A stretch of 54,640 bases of DNA. It comes from an uncultured Methanosarcinales archaeon. Its GTDB lineage: Archaea > Nanobdellota > Nanobdellia > Woesearchaeales > DATDXC01. Each line of letters starts with the position of its first letter. Position 1 is the stretch's first letter. Both the position numbers and the translations under genes were made by a program. The notes beneath the pieces are model-generated. The model was not told the DNA's origin and made no database searches. It saw only the letters and a list, made by a program, of their open reading frames with translations. Positions 1-9,207 of the stretch are shown piece by piece. The DNA lies in NCBI GenBank assembly GCA_964510025.1, contig CAZDZV010000011.1, forward strand, positions 1-54,640, given 5' to 3'.

Positions 1-515
1 CCCGGAATGCAGTGCAGAGCTCCGACCCAGGCTGAAAGGATGAAATAGCAAGATATATCGCTGAGCATGGTGAAGATCAACCTAAATACTCTTTTCGCTA
101 TAGGAATCTGCTGGATACCGGCAGGCTAGGAAATATCCTGAAGGTGAAGATGTACTCAGTACCAAATAATATGGCAGAAAATGCAGGCACTATCGATGCA
201 TATCTTTTTGTCGGAACAGATGATACCGCAGTGGTGCTTAGTCAAAATGAGTTCGAGGCAGGCCCTGAAAAGTTTTTTCAGGCAGTAGCTGTGGACTATC
301 TTGGCAATAATCCAGGCAGCGACGCAGCATATGATTCTGCAAGAATGGCGGTCTATTCCAGGCCAGAATCCACAATGCCTGCTATACGATGGGAAGCATT
401 TGGAGAACCTGAGAAGCTGGGAGCAGGCTTGGCAGATGCAGTGATGGGAAAGATAAGGGAAAGGCAGGGCGACCTTGCGAAGATCGTAGAAAAGATGGTT
501 CCTCCGCATGATTAA
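1..515 (+). CDS. Hypothetical protein, 5'-truncated by window edge, probable frameshift near 35-37
   Basis: The frame of ORF 144..515 is open back to 36 (KDEIARYIAEHG...). Removing one A at 35-37 joins it to the upstream frame PECSAELRPRL. Confidence 0.5.
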
Positions 516-552
516 ATAGCTTTATATAATATTTCTGATTTTTTTCTGTTTC

Positions 553-1434
553 ATGGATGAAGATACATTAAATTCCTACAAGAAAGCCGGAAAGATAGCC
601 GCAGAAGCTCTGGCCTATGGCAAAAGCCTTATCAGGAAACGGGCAAAGCTGCTTGATATCTGCGATAAGGTAGAAGCCAAGATAGTCGACCTAGGCGGCC
701 AACCTGCCTTCCCTGCCCAGCTATCTATGGATGATACAGCAGCTCACTACTGCCCTGAACAGGATGATGAGACCATACTTGAAGACCAGCTTGTTAGCCT
801 TGATGTAGGGGCGCATGTAGATGGATATATAGGGGACAATGCCTGCACTGTTGACCTGTCTGGCAGGAATGGGGAGCTTGTCAGGGCCTCAGAGGAAGCG
901 TTGAAGGCAGCTGTGGAAATAACAAGGCTCGGAGTGAAATTGGCAGATATCGGCAAGGCAATAGAATCAGCTATATCCAGCTACGGGTTCAGGCCTGTAA
1001 AGAACCTTTCTGGCCACGGCCTTGGCCATAATGATATCCATACTGCACCATCTATCCCCAACTTTGATACAGGGTCAGCTGAACTCTTGGGAAAAGGTGT
1101 TATAGCTATAGAGCCATTTGCTACAGACGGCCCAGGTCTGATACATGAAAAAGGAGAACCCACTGTTTTTTCTTTGGTCGGCAGCAAATCAACAAGAGTA
1201 GGATTTGTCAGGAACATACAGAAAGAGATAGAGAAGCTGGATGGTAAGCCCTTTACCACAAGATGGCTTGCAAAGCGTTTCTCCCAGGCACAGGTCAGAT
1301 ATGCGCTGAACCAGTTTAAGAAGCTGGAGATAGTTAAGGAATATCCTCCGCTTGTTGAAAGAGGAAACGGCCTTGTAAGCCAGGCAGAACATTCTTTGCT
1401 AATAGATGATGAGACTATTTTGCTTACTGGTTAG
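553..1434 (+). CDS. map: Methionine aminopeptidase, type II
   Basis: AAHY, LDVGAHVDGYIGD, NLSGHGL, IAIEPFAT and QAEHS metal-ligand motifs, plus the type II insertion. Confidence 0.96.
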   Translation: MDEDTLNSYKKAGKIAAEALAYGKSLIRKRAKLLDICDKVEAKIVDLGGQPAFPAQLSMDDTAAHYCPEQDDETILEDQLVSLDVGAHVDGYIGDNACTVDLSGRNGELVRASEEALKAAVEITRLGVKLADIGKAIESAISSYGFRPVKNLSGHGLGHNDIHTAPSIPNFDTGSAELLGKGVIAIEPFATDGPGLIHEKGEPTVFSLVGSKSTRVGFVRNIQKEIEKLDGKPFTTRWLAKRFSQAQVRYALNQFKKLEIVKEYPPLVERGNGLVSQAEHSLLIDDETILLTG

Positions 1435-2941
1435 CGACTATCGTCATCCTTCCTGGATGGCATCTTGCATATTCTGTCATCATGTCCAGATAAGGCCCGG
1501 CAAGGTGGCCCATGCCTGTGCTGTTGAAAGCAGCTAATTCAGCTGGCCTTATGCCTGCTTGTCTTGTTAGGCTGCCAAGATCATCATGCCCTATCCTTAT
1601 TGCTGTAACATCATGCGACCTTAACAGCCTTTCAAACGCTTCTCCCTGCTGGTCTACCATTGCTGGGTCATTTCCTGCAATGACAACATATCTTACAGGC
1701 CTTGTTTTTGCATCAAATACATCAGGCCTGTCGCCCATATGTATAGTGCCTACGGTCCTGATACAGCCAGAACCGCTGAAATATACGCCTCTTTTGCTGC
1801 GCGCAAAATAAAAACCTTCCCCAAAATCAGTTCCGCCCAGCTTGGTAAATCCCCTGCTGCTCAGGTAGTTGCCAACTGTTGTGGGATGTGTCAGGGTATG
1901 TCCGTCTAAATTTGCATATAGCGCATAGGCTATGACATAGCTAGGATCCTTTGCAGGCAGACCCATGCCTAAGAAACCAGAAGCTCTTCTGTGAAGTCCA
2001 TCCACCTTTTTGCCGTTCCGAAGATCGAGCCTGCTCCTAACCTGCTCAAGATGCTCACCTACTCTGGTTATGGCCTTTTCAACTCTTCTTTCTGCCGGAG
2101 TCAGCAGTGCTCTACCCTTGGGCCTGTATTTTGGTGTAGTTGCGCAGAAGAATTCAGCATATAGATGCGAAAGCAGAACATTGTCGTCTGCTATGGTCTT
2201 GATAGCCTCCACTCTTTCCCGGATGCCGCTTAGCACCGAATTCAGCTTTTTTGCTGTTGCCTTGTCTCTGCCTGCAATTCTGCCGATTATGTTTGTCACA
2301 TCCTCATCGATACCATGCACTAGGCCTCCTGCTACATATCTCATTGCTACTGTAAAAAATCCTGCTCGTCCCTCTTCATGCTGAAACTGCATGTCCAGGC
2401 CTCTGACCCTTTCCCTTAATCTTACCATCTCTGGCCTTTCTTGGATCATAGCTGGCAGCTTCTCAGCTAACAGTATGCCTGCAGCATATCTGGCAGCAAG
2501 CACATGTACTGCTTCAGCGACCGACACAGCAGTCTCTCTGTCTCCTGTGTTTGCTATAGGTATATCAGTGCTCACAGCTGCAAGTCCCAGGTCAATAGCA
2601 AAGTCCAGTGTTCTTCTTTTCTCTGTTCTCCTGACCACATTGCAGTCTTGCAGATAGTCTTTTGCCTCAAGCAGCGCGTGCAGGTAATCATCAACAAATT
2701 CAGCGTGAAAATCTCCGTCTTGGACAAGCTTCAGCTTTCTCTCCAGGTCTGCTGTTGCCTGGGCCTCCAGCTCATGCCTTCCTGATATCAGGCCTATCCT
2801 GCCTGCCCTGACAATGCCTCCTAGAAACCTGTCCTTGTATGCTGGATCCTGCAGAGTGCCCAGCAGCGGCAGCACCGGCTGCAGCTCCTCAAACCTAGGA
2901 TGCTTTGCCAGCGCCATCAATCTTCTTGTCAAAGCTGCCAA
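1424..2941 (-). CDS. Hypothetical protein, probably the C-terminal part of a gene split at 2948-2952
   Basis: 505-codon ORF with no recognisable motif; begins 2 nt after the upstream stop. Confidence 0.65.
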   Translation of the reverse strand: MAALTRRLMALAKHPRFEELQPVLPLLGTLQDPAYKDRFLGGIVRAGRIGLISGRHELEAQATADLERKLKLVQDGDFHAEFVDDYLHALLEAKDYLQDCNVVRRTEKRRTLDFAIDLGLAAVSTDIPIANTGDRETAVSVAEAVHVLAARYAAGILLAEKLPAMIQERPEMVRLRERVRGLDMQFQHEEGRAGFFTVAMRYVAGGLVHGIDEDVTNIIGRIAGRDKATAKKLNSVLSGIRERVEAIKTIADDNVLLSHLYAEFFCATTPKYRPKGRALLTPAERRVEKAITRVGEHLEQVRSRLDLRNGKKVDGLHRRASGFLGMGLPAKDPSYVIAYALYANLDGHTLTHPTTVGNYLSSRGFTKLGGTDFGEGFYFARSKRGVYFSGSGCIRTVGTIHMGDRPDVFDAKTRPVRYVVIAGNDPAMVDQQGEAFERLLRSHDVTAIRIGHDDLGSLTRQAGIRPAELAAFNSTGMGHLAGPYLDMMTEYARCHPGRMTIVANQ

Positions 2942-2943
2942 TC

Positions 2944-3480
2944 TTATCCCCCGTGGAAGTGCTGTAGTGAATATTCCCTTAAAGCACCCTTTAATCGATA
3001 CATTACCTCAAAGGCTGAATCTGATCTTTCCCTCAATGCCCTGGGGTCAAGCCTGTTTCCTTTTCTCTCTGTATATTTTTTCAGCTGTATCAGTGCGTCC
3101 ATAGCCTCGTCAAGCCTTCGGCCCAGCCTGTCGGATACAAGTCCTGTTTCCTTGGCGAAACTGATCCACTGCCTCAGGTAAGCGTTTTGCTGGGCAAATG
3201 TCTCATTTGCCCGGGCATTCATCTCACCGTCCTCCACACCAACCACGTGCTCCCTGAAATATTGCTTAAACTTTGCTCGATCTCCCTCGACATGATAAAG
3301 GTGCTCGAAAATTTCAGCAACATAGACAAGAGCATCATCCTTTAGCTGATTACCATACCCGCTCGGTTCTTGTGCCAGAAGCCTGTCTATTATTTCACTG
3401 CCCCTTGCGAAGAATCCTTCATGCCCGCTGACTCTTGTTTCAAGGCTTCTGTGTTTTTTTTGAATATCTGCTAAAGGCAT
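2944..3480 (-). CDS. Hypothetical helical protein, possible N-terminal part of the same gene
   Basis: ATG at 3480 (MPLADIQKK) downstream of a TTTATATA-like box. Confidence 0.6.
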   Translation of the reverse strand: MPLADIQKKHRSLETRVSGHEGFFARGSEIIDRLLAQEPSGYGNQLKDDALVYVAEIFEHLYHVEGDRAKFKQYFREHVVGVEDGEMNARANETFAQQNAYLRQWISFAKETGLVSDRLGRRLDEAMDALIQLKKYTERKGNRLDPRALRERSDSAFEVMYRLKGALREYSLQHFHGG

Positions 3481-3613
3481 ATATCCACCAGATTTATATA
3501 GTTTATATAGTTTTTTCAAGCTCTAATTATCTTCTGATATATAAACTTTTTTATGTAGACAACTTTACAGTAGTTACTGAACTTTAATAATTAAAGAACT
3601 TCTCAAAAATATA

Positions 3614-3772
3614 ATGAAAAAGTTGTTAGGATATATCCTGATCTTTGTTGTAGTAGCGAATCTCCTCCTGTTTGCTCTTCAGATCATCAACCAGCTTATC
3701 TTTTGGTCCACAATGGCCATAATCGCGCTGATAGCATACAGGATGATCCCGGCTATGGATACCAGTCGATGA
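3614..3772 (+). CDS. Small two-helix membrane protein (52 aa)
   Basis: MKKLLGYILIFVVVANLLLFALQIINQLIFWSTMAIIALIAYRMIPAMDTSR; not in the ORF track; AT-rich promoter-like region upstream. Confidence 0.6.
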   Translation: MKKLLGYILIFVVVANLLLFALQIINQLIFWSTMAIIALIAYRMIPAMDTSR

Positions 3773-4355
3773 TGTGAGCCTCATCCTTCCTGGGGTAAGG
3801 CTTGTCAGGAAACCTGACAGGATACCCAAAGACAAGATGCGCCCTTATCTTATACCCATCCGGCACTCCCAACGACCTCATGAGCTTCTTGTCTGTATTG
3901 ATGACAACATCTGCAAACCCTATCCAGCAGGAGCCTATCCCCATGCTCCTCGCTGCCAGCATCATGTTCTGGGCAGCGCATGCGCAATCCTTGTCTGCAA
4001 ACTTTCCGTCCTCAGAGCACACTGCTATCAATGCAGGCGCATCATAGAAAAAAAGGTCTGCTTCCACCAGCCTTTTCTTTCCAGACTCCACCTCTTTTCT
4101 TATCCCTGAATTGAAAATCCCAAAGATCCTGCCTATGCCTATCCTCTTCCTGAACCATGACTTGATGTAGTCAGAAAGCATCCTTATCTTTTCCCTGTTT
4201 TCTATGACTACGAATCTCCAAGGCTGGGAATTATGGCTGCTTGGCGCATACCGTCCTGCTTCCACTATCTCCTTTATCACCTTTCTTGGGATCTTTTTGC
4301 TGTCAAACTTCCGTATGCTTCTTCTTTGCCTGATGTTCTCTATAACCTCGTTCAT
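3753..4355 (-). CDS. Nitroreductase family protein
   Basis: RRSIRKF, APSSHNSQPWRF, DCACAAQNMMLAA.SMGIGSCWIG. Confidence 0.93.
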   Translation of the reverse strand: MNEVIENIRQRRSIRKFDSKKIPRKVIKEIVEAGRYAPSSHNSQPWRFVVIENREKIRMLSDYIKSWFRKRIGIGRIFGIFNSGIRKEVESGKKRLVEADLFFYDAPALIAVCSEDGKFADKDCACAAQNMMLAARSMGIGSCWIGFADVVINTDKKLMRSLGVPDGYKIRAHLVFGYPVRFPDKPYPRKDEAHIIDWYP

Positions 4356-4463
4356 GCCTGGTGCTTCTCTATCAGATTATATAAAATTAACCTTTTTAGC
4401 ATACCAAAAAATTTATATATTAGTATACATATTAATATACCCAATATAGCATCAAAAGGTGTT

Positions 4464-4766
4464 ATAAAAATACGGCTCATAAAGCATGACAAATACCTTG
4501 AAGAGCTTTGTGAGATGATTGAATCCAGTTATGATTTTATTCTTAAGAATGTTCCACTCTACTCGAAAAAGAGGAGAAAAGTGGCTGAGATAGACATACT
4601 GGCTGTCAAGAAGGATTTCTGCGATATCTATGAGGTAAAATGCAGCCACCGCATAATAAAAGCAAGGCATCAGCTGCTGAAGATAAGAAAGATCCTGTCG
4701 CCCTATTCAAAGATCAGGAATTCCTTCTTCTTTTGCGGAGAATCAGGAAAGCTCTCCATAGTCTAG
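4464..4766 (+). CDS. Small PD-(D/E)xK nuclease-fold protein (YraN/Hjc-like); start uncertain
   Basis: EIDILA...IYEVK...ARHQL motif; likely start is ATA at 4464 or 4470 after AGGTG. Confidence 0.7.
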   Translation: MKIRLIKHDKYLEELCEMIESSYDFILKNVPLYSKKRRKVAEIDILAVKKDFCDIYEVKCSHRIIKARHQLLKIRKILSPYSKIRNSFFFCGESGKLSIV

Positions 4767-5260
4767 GACTTGAGCTCTTTGATCCTGTTCTTCAGGTTCT
4801 CGATGGTCTTGGAATTGTCCTGCTGGTTAAGCAGGCTTCCGCATTCAGGGCATTTAAACTCAAATTCAGTGGCCTGGTCAAAGTCTAGCCTCGCACAGGC
4901 CTTGCTGCAGATGAAGAAATTTCCTTTGCTGGCCTCTTCTTTCTTAAGCCTCTCCTTCAGCTTGTCAAGCTGTTGTTTTTTCATTTTTTTGATAAGGTCC
5001 TTGACAGCCTTCCTGTTGAATGTCCAGTAGCTTATGTACCATCCTTTTTTTCTGTCTTTCTTCCTGATATAGGTAGCTATGTTATGGCCGTTCAGCCTGT
5101 ATAATACGTTCCTGGTTGTCTGCATATCCAGCTTTGTCTTGTCTGCGATAATAAATTCTGATATGTTCTTCCTGTTCTTTAGAAAATCAACTATCTTGAC
5201 GCCTGTATCGCCAGCAATCTGGCTTACTGTTTCCTGGATCTTCTTGTTTGTCAAAGCCAT
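4763..5260 (-). CDS. tfe: Transcription factor E (TFIIE alpha homolog)
   Basis: Winged helix (TTRNVLYRL, GWYISYW) plus Zn ribbon (C..AC...FKCPECG). Confidence 0.93.
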   Translation of the reverse strand: MALTNKKIQETVSQIAGDTGVKIVDFLKNRKNISEFIIADKTKLDMQTTRNVLYRLNGHNIATYIRKKDRKKGWYISYWTFNRKAVKDLIKKMKKQQLDKLKERLKKEEASKGNFFICSKACARLDFDQATEFEFKCPECGSLLNQQDNSKTIENLKNRIKELKS

Positions 5261-5302
5261 TTTGACTACTATACCCGCCAGCTGAACACCCCCATCTGAG
5301 AT

Positions 5303-5346
5303 GAGTCTCCCTAGGTTTTGGTTTGTGAAAACCCTAGAAAGAGCTC
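5303..5346 (-). promoter_or_regulatory. Stem-loop in the tfe 5' leader; BRE/TATA at about 5379-5395
   Basis: Minus strand GAGCTCTTTCTAGGGTTTT...AAAACCTAGGGAGACTC pairs; CCGAAAGGTTTATATA upstream. Confidence 0.45.
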
Positions 5347-5419
5347 TTCTGCTCTCTGTTATCTTCTTTTGCAGCCCTTATATATAAACCTTTCGGTTTT
5401 TCTTACTTATAAGAGACAA

Positions 5420-5551
5420 CTAAACCAAAATCTTTGTCTTTCTATAGCACTCAAGACAATAAGTATGTATTGTCTTGCCGTCGTTCGTGGTCAATCTGCA
5501 GTCATCAGCTGAAGCAATCTGCTTTCCGCAGCTCTCGCATCTGTCCCACAT
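5420..5551 (-). CDS. Small zinc-finger protein (43 aa)
   Basis: MWDRCESCGKQIASADDCRLTTNDGKTIHTYCLECYRKTKILV; two CxxC pairs; GGGGA RBS. Confidence 0.7.
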   Translation of the reverse strand: MWDRCESCGKQIASADDCRLTTNDGKTIHTYCLECYRKTKILV

Positions 5552-5637
5552 AAAATCCCCAATACCTTCTATATAGCAAACAACTATTTAAATCTTTTGT
5601 TTAATTTTTTTCACTATAGAAAAGAAAGAAAATAAAT

Positions 5638-5811
5638 TTATCTGATCTTTTCAGCCTGGTCTTTTGACAATACCCGCCAGCACTCATGCGGGCCTGTTTT
5701 TGACTTTGCAACTGCAAAATATCTGCCCTTCTTCTCAACTACCCTATATTCATCTGTCTCAAACTTTTTCTTGCTCTTTACATCATAAAAGCTTAGTTTT
5801 TCTTTTGCCAT
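5638..5811 (-). CDS. CC1-like small chromatin/DNA-binding protein (57 aa)
   Basis: MAKEKLSFYDVKSKKKFETDEYRVVEKKGRYFAVAKSKTGPHECWRVLSKDQAEKIR matches the CC1 pattern LxFYDxKxKxxFETDxY...FAVAKS; GGGAGG RBS. Confidence 0.8.
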   Translation of the reverse strand: MAKEKLSFYDVKSKKKFETDEYRVVEKKGRYFAVAKSKTGPHECWRVLSKDQAEKIR

Positions 5812-5882
5812 TTTTTCCTCCCCAAAGAACTTTTTAGTAATATTTTATTTATTAGTATATAAATTTTTGTATAAATGTGTAG

Positions 5883-6545
5883 TTACTTAACAATGTCAAG
5901 CAGCTCTTTGATATCCTTGATATAGAAATCTGCAGATGATGATGCTTTCGGATTCCCGTAGCTTGCAAAGCATGTCTTCATGCCGAGCGCCTTGGCACCC
6001 TTTATATCTCTGTTTGGCATATCCCCCACCATAAGGCATTCGCTTGCCTTTACACCAAGCTTCTTCACAGCCACCCGGAACGGCCCGTCCGACGGTTTCA
6101 GTTGCTTTGTGTCATCATAGGTGACAACCACGTCAAAAAAATTCGCTATCTTCATAGCTGCAAGCCTCAGCCAAGCCTTTAGTCTTGGGGCGTCTGAGAC
6201 GATGCCTATCTTGATGCCCTGGCTTTTAAGCTTCAGGAGCACATATTCTGTATGTGGGAAAGGCTCGAGAAAGCCTAGCTTTACGCGGCGATAGCCTATT
6301 ATTCCATGTGCCAATATCCTGTAGTCGATCTTTCCCATAACTTTCTTCAGGAACCTTTGGAATATCTTTGGCTCCTCCAGACCGTATTTGTCATAGAGCT
6401 GGAAAAGCACCTTCATAGCCTTGCCCTTTTCAGCATCAAGCCCTGCGCCTATCATGGCGTTCATGGCGCTCTCGCAGCTTAGCCTCTTCATCCTCATAAA
6501 ATCTATAAGTGTATTATCAAGGTCAAAAAGAACTGCCTTTATCAT
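5883..6545 (-). CDS. HAD-superfamily hydrolase
   Basis: FDLDNTL, VSD, KP and MVGDMPNRDI motifs. Confidence 0.92.
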   Translation of the reverse strand: MIKAVLFDLDNTLIDFMRMKRLSCESAMNAMIGAGLDAEKGKAMKVLFQLYDKYGLEEPKIFQRFLKKVMGKIDYRILAHGIIGYRRVKLGFLEPFPHTEYVLLKLKSQGIKIGIVSDAPRLKAWLRLAAMKIANFFDVVVTYDDTKQLKPSDGPFRVAVKKLGVKASECLMVGDMPNRDIKGAKALGMKTCFASYGNPKASSSADFYIKDIKELLDIVK

Positions 6546-6630
6546 ATGTATTGTGTATCTGGCAGGTTTATATAGTTTTTCAATTTCAAAGCGCTAGATT
6601 TATATATTTGGATTCACAATAACCCCATTG

Positions 6631-7158
6631 ATGGTTAAAGACACTGTTCATCCGGTCGCTATACTCATCATTGTCACCTTTGTCGTGCTTCTTGGTCTTA
6701 TAGGAAGCAGCCGGGAGGCAAGAGATGAGCAGGTGATACTATTTTTTCCTGAACCAGGCGATTTCCCTAATGAGGACGAAGGCACAGTTGTCTTTGACTT
6801 CCAGTTTCCTGAAGGCGGCTTTAAGGTTGATGGCAAGACACCTGATGTCCTTATGCTTATGAATTCTGAGAAGCTGCCTGAGCTGAAGATAGGCTATGAT
6901 ACAAGAGAAAAAAGGCTGTACGCAGGGCTTCCTGTTATAGTCTCTGAGGAGATAGAGCTTATAGATGGCCAGAAGCACATGATAACCTATACTTTCAGCA
7001 GACAGAGGCAGCGTCAGGGCCTTTATCTGGACGGCGCACTGCTGGTCGAGGGGGAATTTACAGGAAAGAAAGCAGCAGACTTTTTTACAGCCAACCTTGC
7101 GCGCAAGGGGCGTGTCTGGAAAGAGAGCCCGATACCGATCGGCATAAGCTATTCATAA
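6631..7158 (+). CDS. Membrane-anchored beta-sandwich (LamG/ConA-like) protein
   Basis: N-terminal TM; EGTVVFDF...DGQKHMITYTFS...GLYLDG pattern. Confidence 0.6.
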   Translation: MVKDTVHPVAILIIVTFVVLLGLIGSSREARDEQVILFFPEPGDFPNEDEGTVVFDFQFPEGGFKVDGKTPDVLMLMNSEKLPELKIGYDTREKRLYAGLPVIVSEEIELIDGQKHMITYTFSRQRQRQGLYLDGALLVEGEFTGKKAADFFTANLARKGRVWKESPIPIGISYS

Positions 7159-7235
7159 AAAAATTAATAAGCCCAGGTTAAAAAGTTTCGGGGGGATCTT
7201 TAAAGCCCTGGGCAAATAGAAATTCTATTTACTAC
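7159..7235 (-). ncRNA. Candidate small RNA (hairpin plus U-tract behind its own BRE/TATA) or bidirectional terminator
   Basis: GCCCAGG (7171-7177) / CCTGGGC (7207-7213) inverted repeat; T-tract follows on minus; CGAAACATTTATATA at about 7257-7271. Confidence 0.35.
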
Positions 7236-7280
7236 CATATAGTAATATATAACTTATATATAAATGTTTCGTTTTTTTTA

Positions 7281-8795
7281 CTACTTTTTGGTTACAGAAA
7301 CAACTAAATCCACCTGCTTGCCTGTCTTGATGTCTATATTGGGTTTCTGGCCATAACCTTTGCCGCTGACACGAAGCCCACCATCTGCATATGCTGTCCC
7401 CAGCTGGTTCGCAAGGTGCTGCATCTGCTCATCCGAGAAACCCACAATGCTTATATCCACATTGCTGGCATATCCATACGGCGGATTGCCCCAAACCCTG
7501 ACAATCCTTACCGGCCTTCTGAAATGCTCTCTAATAAGGTCAAGCTTCTGTATAAGGACCCTGTCAAGATAGAGATATCTGCATCCAGGGAAGACAAATT
7601 CCTTGACTCTGAAATGCTTGCCTACCTTGTCTTTTTCGTTAAGATAGAAATGGAAATACCCTCCTTTGCCGGTCGGTATCCTGGCTACCATAACATAAGG
7701 CTCCTTAAGGTCATCCAGTGAGCTGTCCCTGTAGTGTAGGGCAAGCGGCATAGGGTATCTGAACTGTCCAGCCAAAGCCCTTCTGCTTATATCAAGGCAT
7801 TGCCTCCACTCCCCTGCATTGTATGTTTCAGGGTCCTTTACCTTCGGATAGGTCGGCTCGGTCGGCAGGAAACATGAAAAAGCTTTTGGCTGCAGCAGGA
7901 CTTCCTTAAGCGCATCCGGAAAGCTTTCAGAGCTTACTCTGTCCAAAACACATGCTGCAACAGCCTCTTTTGCCTCCTGGCTGCACCCCTCTGCTTCACC
8001 AAATATGCACCTTGCTAGCACAACCTCCCTGGGCTCATCCCAAAAATTGCCATCTGAAGCATATCTGCTCTTGCTTATCCTTGGTTTCTCAGCTCCCTTC
8101 CTCAACGGTATGTTGATCTTCTGGCCTGGAAAAAGTATTGCCAGATTGACATCAGGGTTTGCCTGCTGCAGCGCTTCCTCAGGTTCTGCAGGCATCAGAT
8201 GCTGGAACCTTAGCAACGTCCCTATATGGTCTCCTTGTTTTACAGTATACTGGAAAGAGCCTGCTTTTGAGACAGATATCAAGGATATCACGATCAGCAA
8301 TACAGCAGCTACTCTTGCCAGGACAGGCAAGGATCTTGAACTGGCTATATTGGCCAGGGATGGGTTCTGATGGGGCAGATGGAGCGCATCAATGCTGGTT
8401 TCTATCCGCCTGTGCACAGGCAGCTCCTCAGACTCCCTGATCCTGAAGAAAAAATTAAGGTCATTCCTTGCGATGGCATTCTTCTCTTTTTTCAGCGCTT
8501 TCCTTAAGAGCTTCAGGTTATGCTTGCTTCTTTTTAGGAACCTCAAAAGGGAGCTGCAGTCCGTGCCTCTTTTTCCTGCTATTTCCACTATCCTCTCTTC
8601 GCCTGAAAGGATCTCGGCGATATCTGCCCTGATATGCTCTACCAACGGAAGTTCTTCATGTTCGATGAACTGCTGCAGTCCGGTACCCCCTCCTCTTATC
8701 ATATCTGCTTTTCTTTTTTGCAGATCCATGGCTGCATCGGCTGATGCTGTTATCGCCCTTCTCAGCCTTTGGAGATATATGTTGAAAGTATGCAT
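7281..8795 (-). CDS. Membrane-anchored LysM + SleB/Hydrolase_2 cell-wall hydrolase + degenerate peptidase M15-like domain
   Basis: YTVKQGD...ANP...LFPGQKINIP (LysM); LARCIFGEAEG...AVAACVLDRV...LLQPKAFSC (SleB); HFRVKEF...LIQKLDLIREHFRRPVRI (M15-like); one TM. Confidence 0.85.
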   Translation of the reverse strand: MHTFNIYLQRLRRAITASADAAMDLQKRKADMIRGGGTGLQQFIEHEELPLVEHIRADIAEILSGEERIVEIAGKRGTDCSSLLRFLKRSKHNLKLLRKALKKEKNAIARNDLNFFFRIRESEELPVHRRIETSIDALHLPHQNPSLANIASSRSLPVLARVAAVLLIVISLISVSKAGSFQYTVKQGDHIGTLLRFQHLMPAEPEEALQQANPDVNLAILFPGQKINIPLRKGAEKPRISKSRYASDGNFWDEPREVVLARCIFGEAEGCSQEAKEAVAACVLDRVSSESFPDALKEVLLQPKAFSCFLPTEPTYPKVKDPETYNAGEWRQCLDISRRALAGQFRYPMPLALHYRDSSLDDLKEPYVMVARIPTGKGGYFHFYLNEKDKVGKHFRVKEFVFPGCRYLYLDRVLIQKLDLIREHFRRPVRIVRVWGNPPYGYASNVDISIVGFSDEQMQHLANQLGTAYADGGLRVSGKGYGQKPNIDIKTGKQVDLVVSVTKK

Positions 8796-8868
8796 AAGCC
8801 TTTGCTCATGTTGTTGATATATATAGCTTTTGGTAAGATTTAAATATCTTCCATAAATATGCCCTTTT

Positions 8869-9207
8869 ATGAAACAGGTTATCCTTGTGCGGCAGGATCT
8901 GAAGCTTCCGAAAGGCAAGCTGGCAGCACAGGTAGCCCATGCTTCAGTTTCTGCCTTGGTCAGGTCTCATAAGGATGATATCAGGAAATGGGAGGCAGCA
9001 GGCCAAAAAAAGGTGGTCCTGAAGGTAAAAGACCAGGAAGAGCTTCTTAGCTATAAAAAGATGGCAGATGATGCCGGCCTTGTTAGTGCGCTCATCACAG
9101 ATGCAGGCAGGACAGTTGTCGAGCCAGGCACGATGACCAGCCTTGGTATCGGGCCTGACAAGGAAGACAGGATCGATAAGATAACAGGCAAGCTTAAGAT
9201 GGTATAA
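8869..9207 (+). CDS. pth2: Peptidyl-tRNA hydrolase 2
   Basis: KQVILVRQDL, GKLAAQVAHAS, DAGRT, GIGP. Confidence 0.96.
   Translation: MKQVILVRQDLKLPKGKLAAQVAHASVSALVRSHKDDIRKWEAAGQKKVVLKVKDQEELLSYKKMADDAGLVSALITDAGRTVVEPGTMTSLGIGPDKEDRIDKITGKLKMV

Noticed and set aside
8796..8918. N-terminal extension of the LysM-SleB ORF overlapping pth2
   Set aside because: Runs through the divergent promoter and pth2; ATG 8795 fits the TATA box
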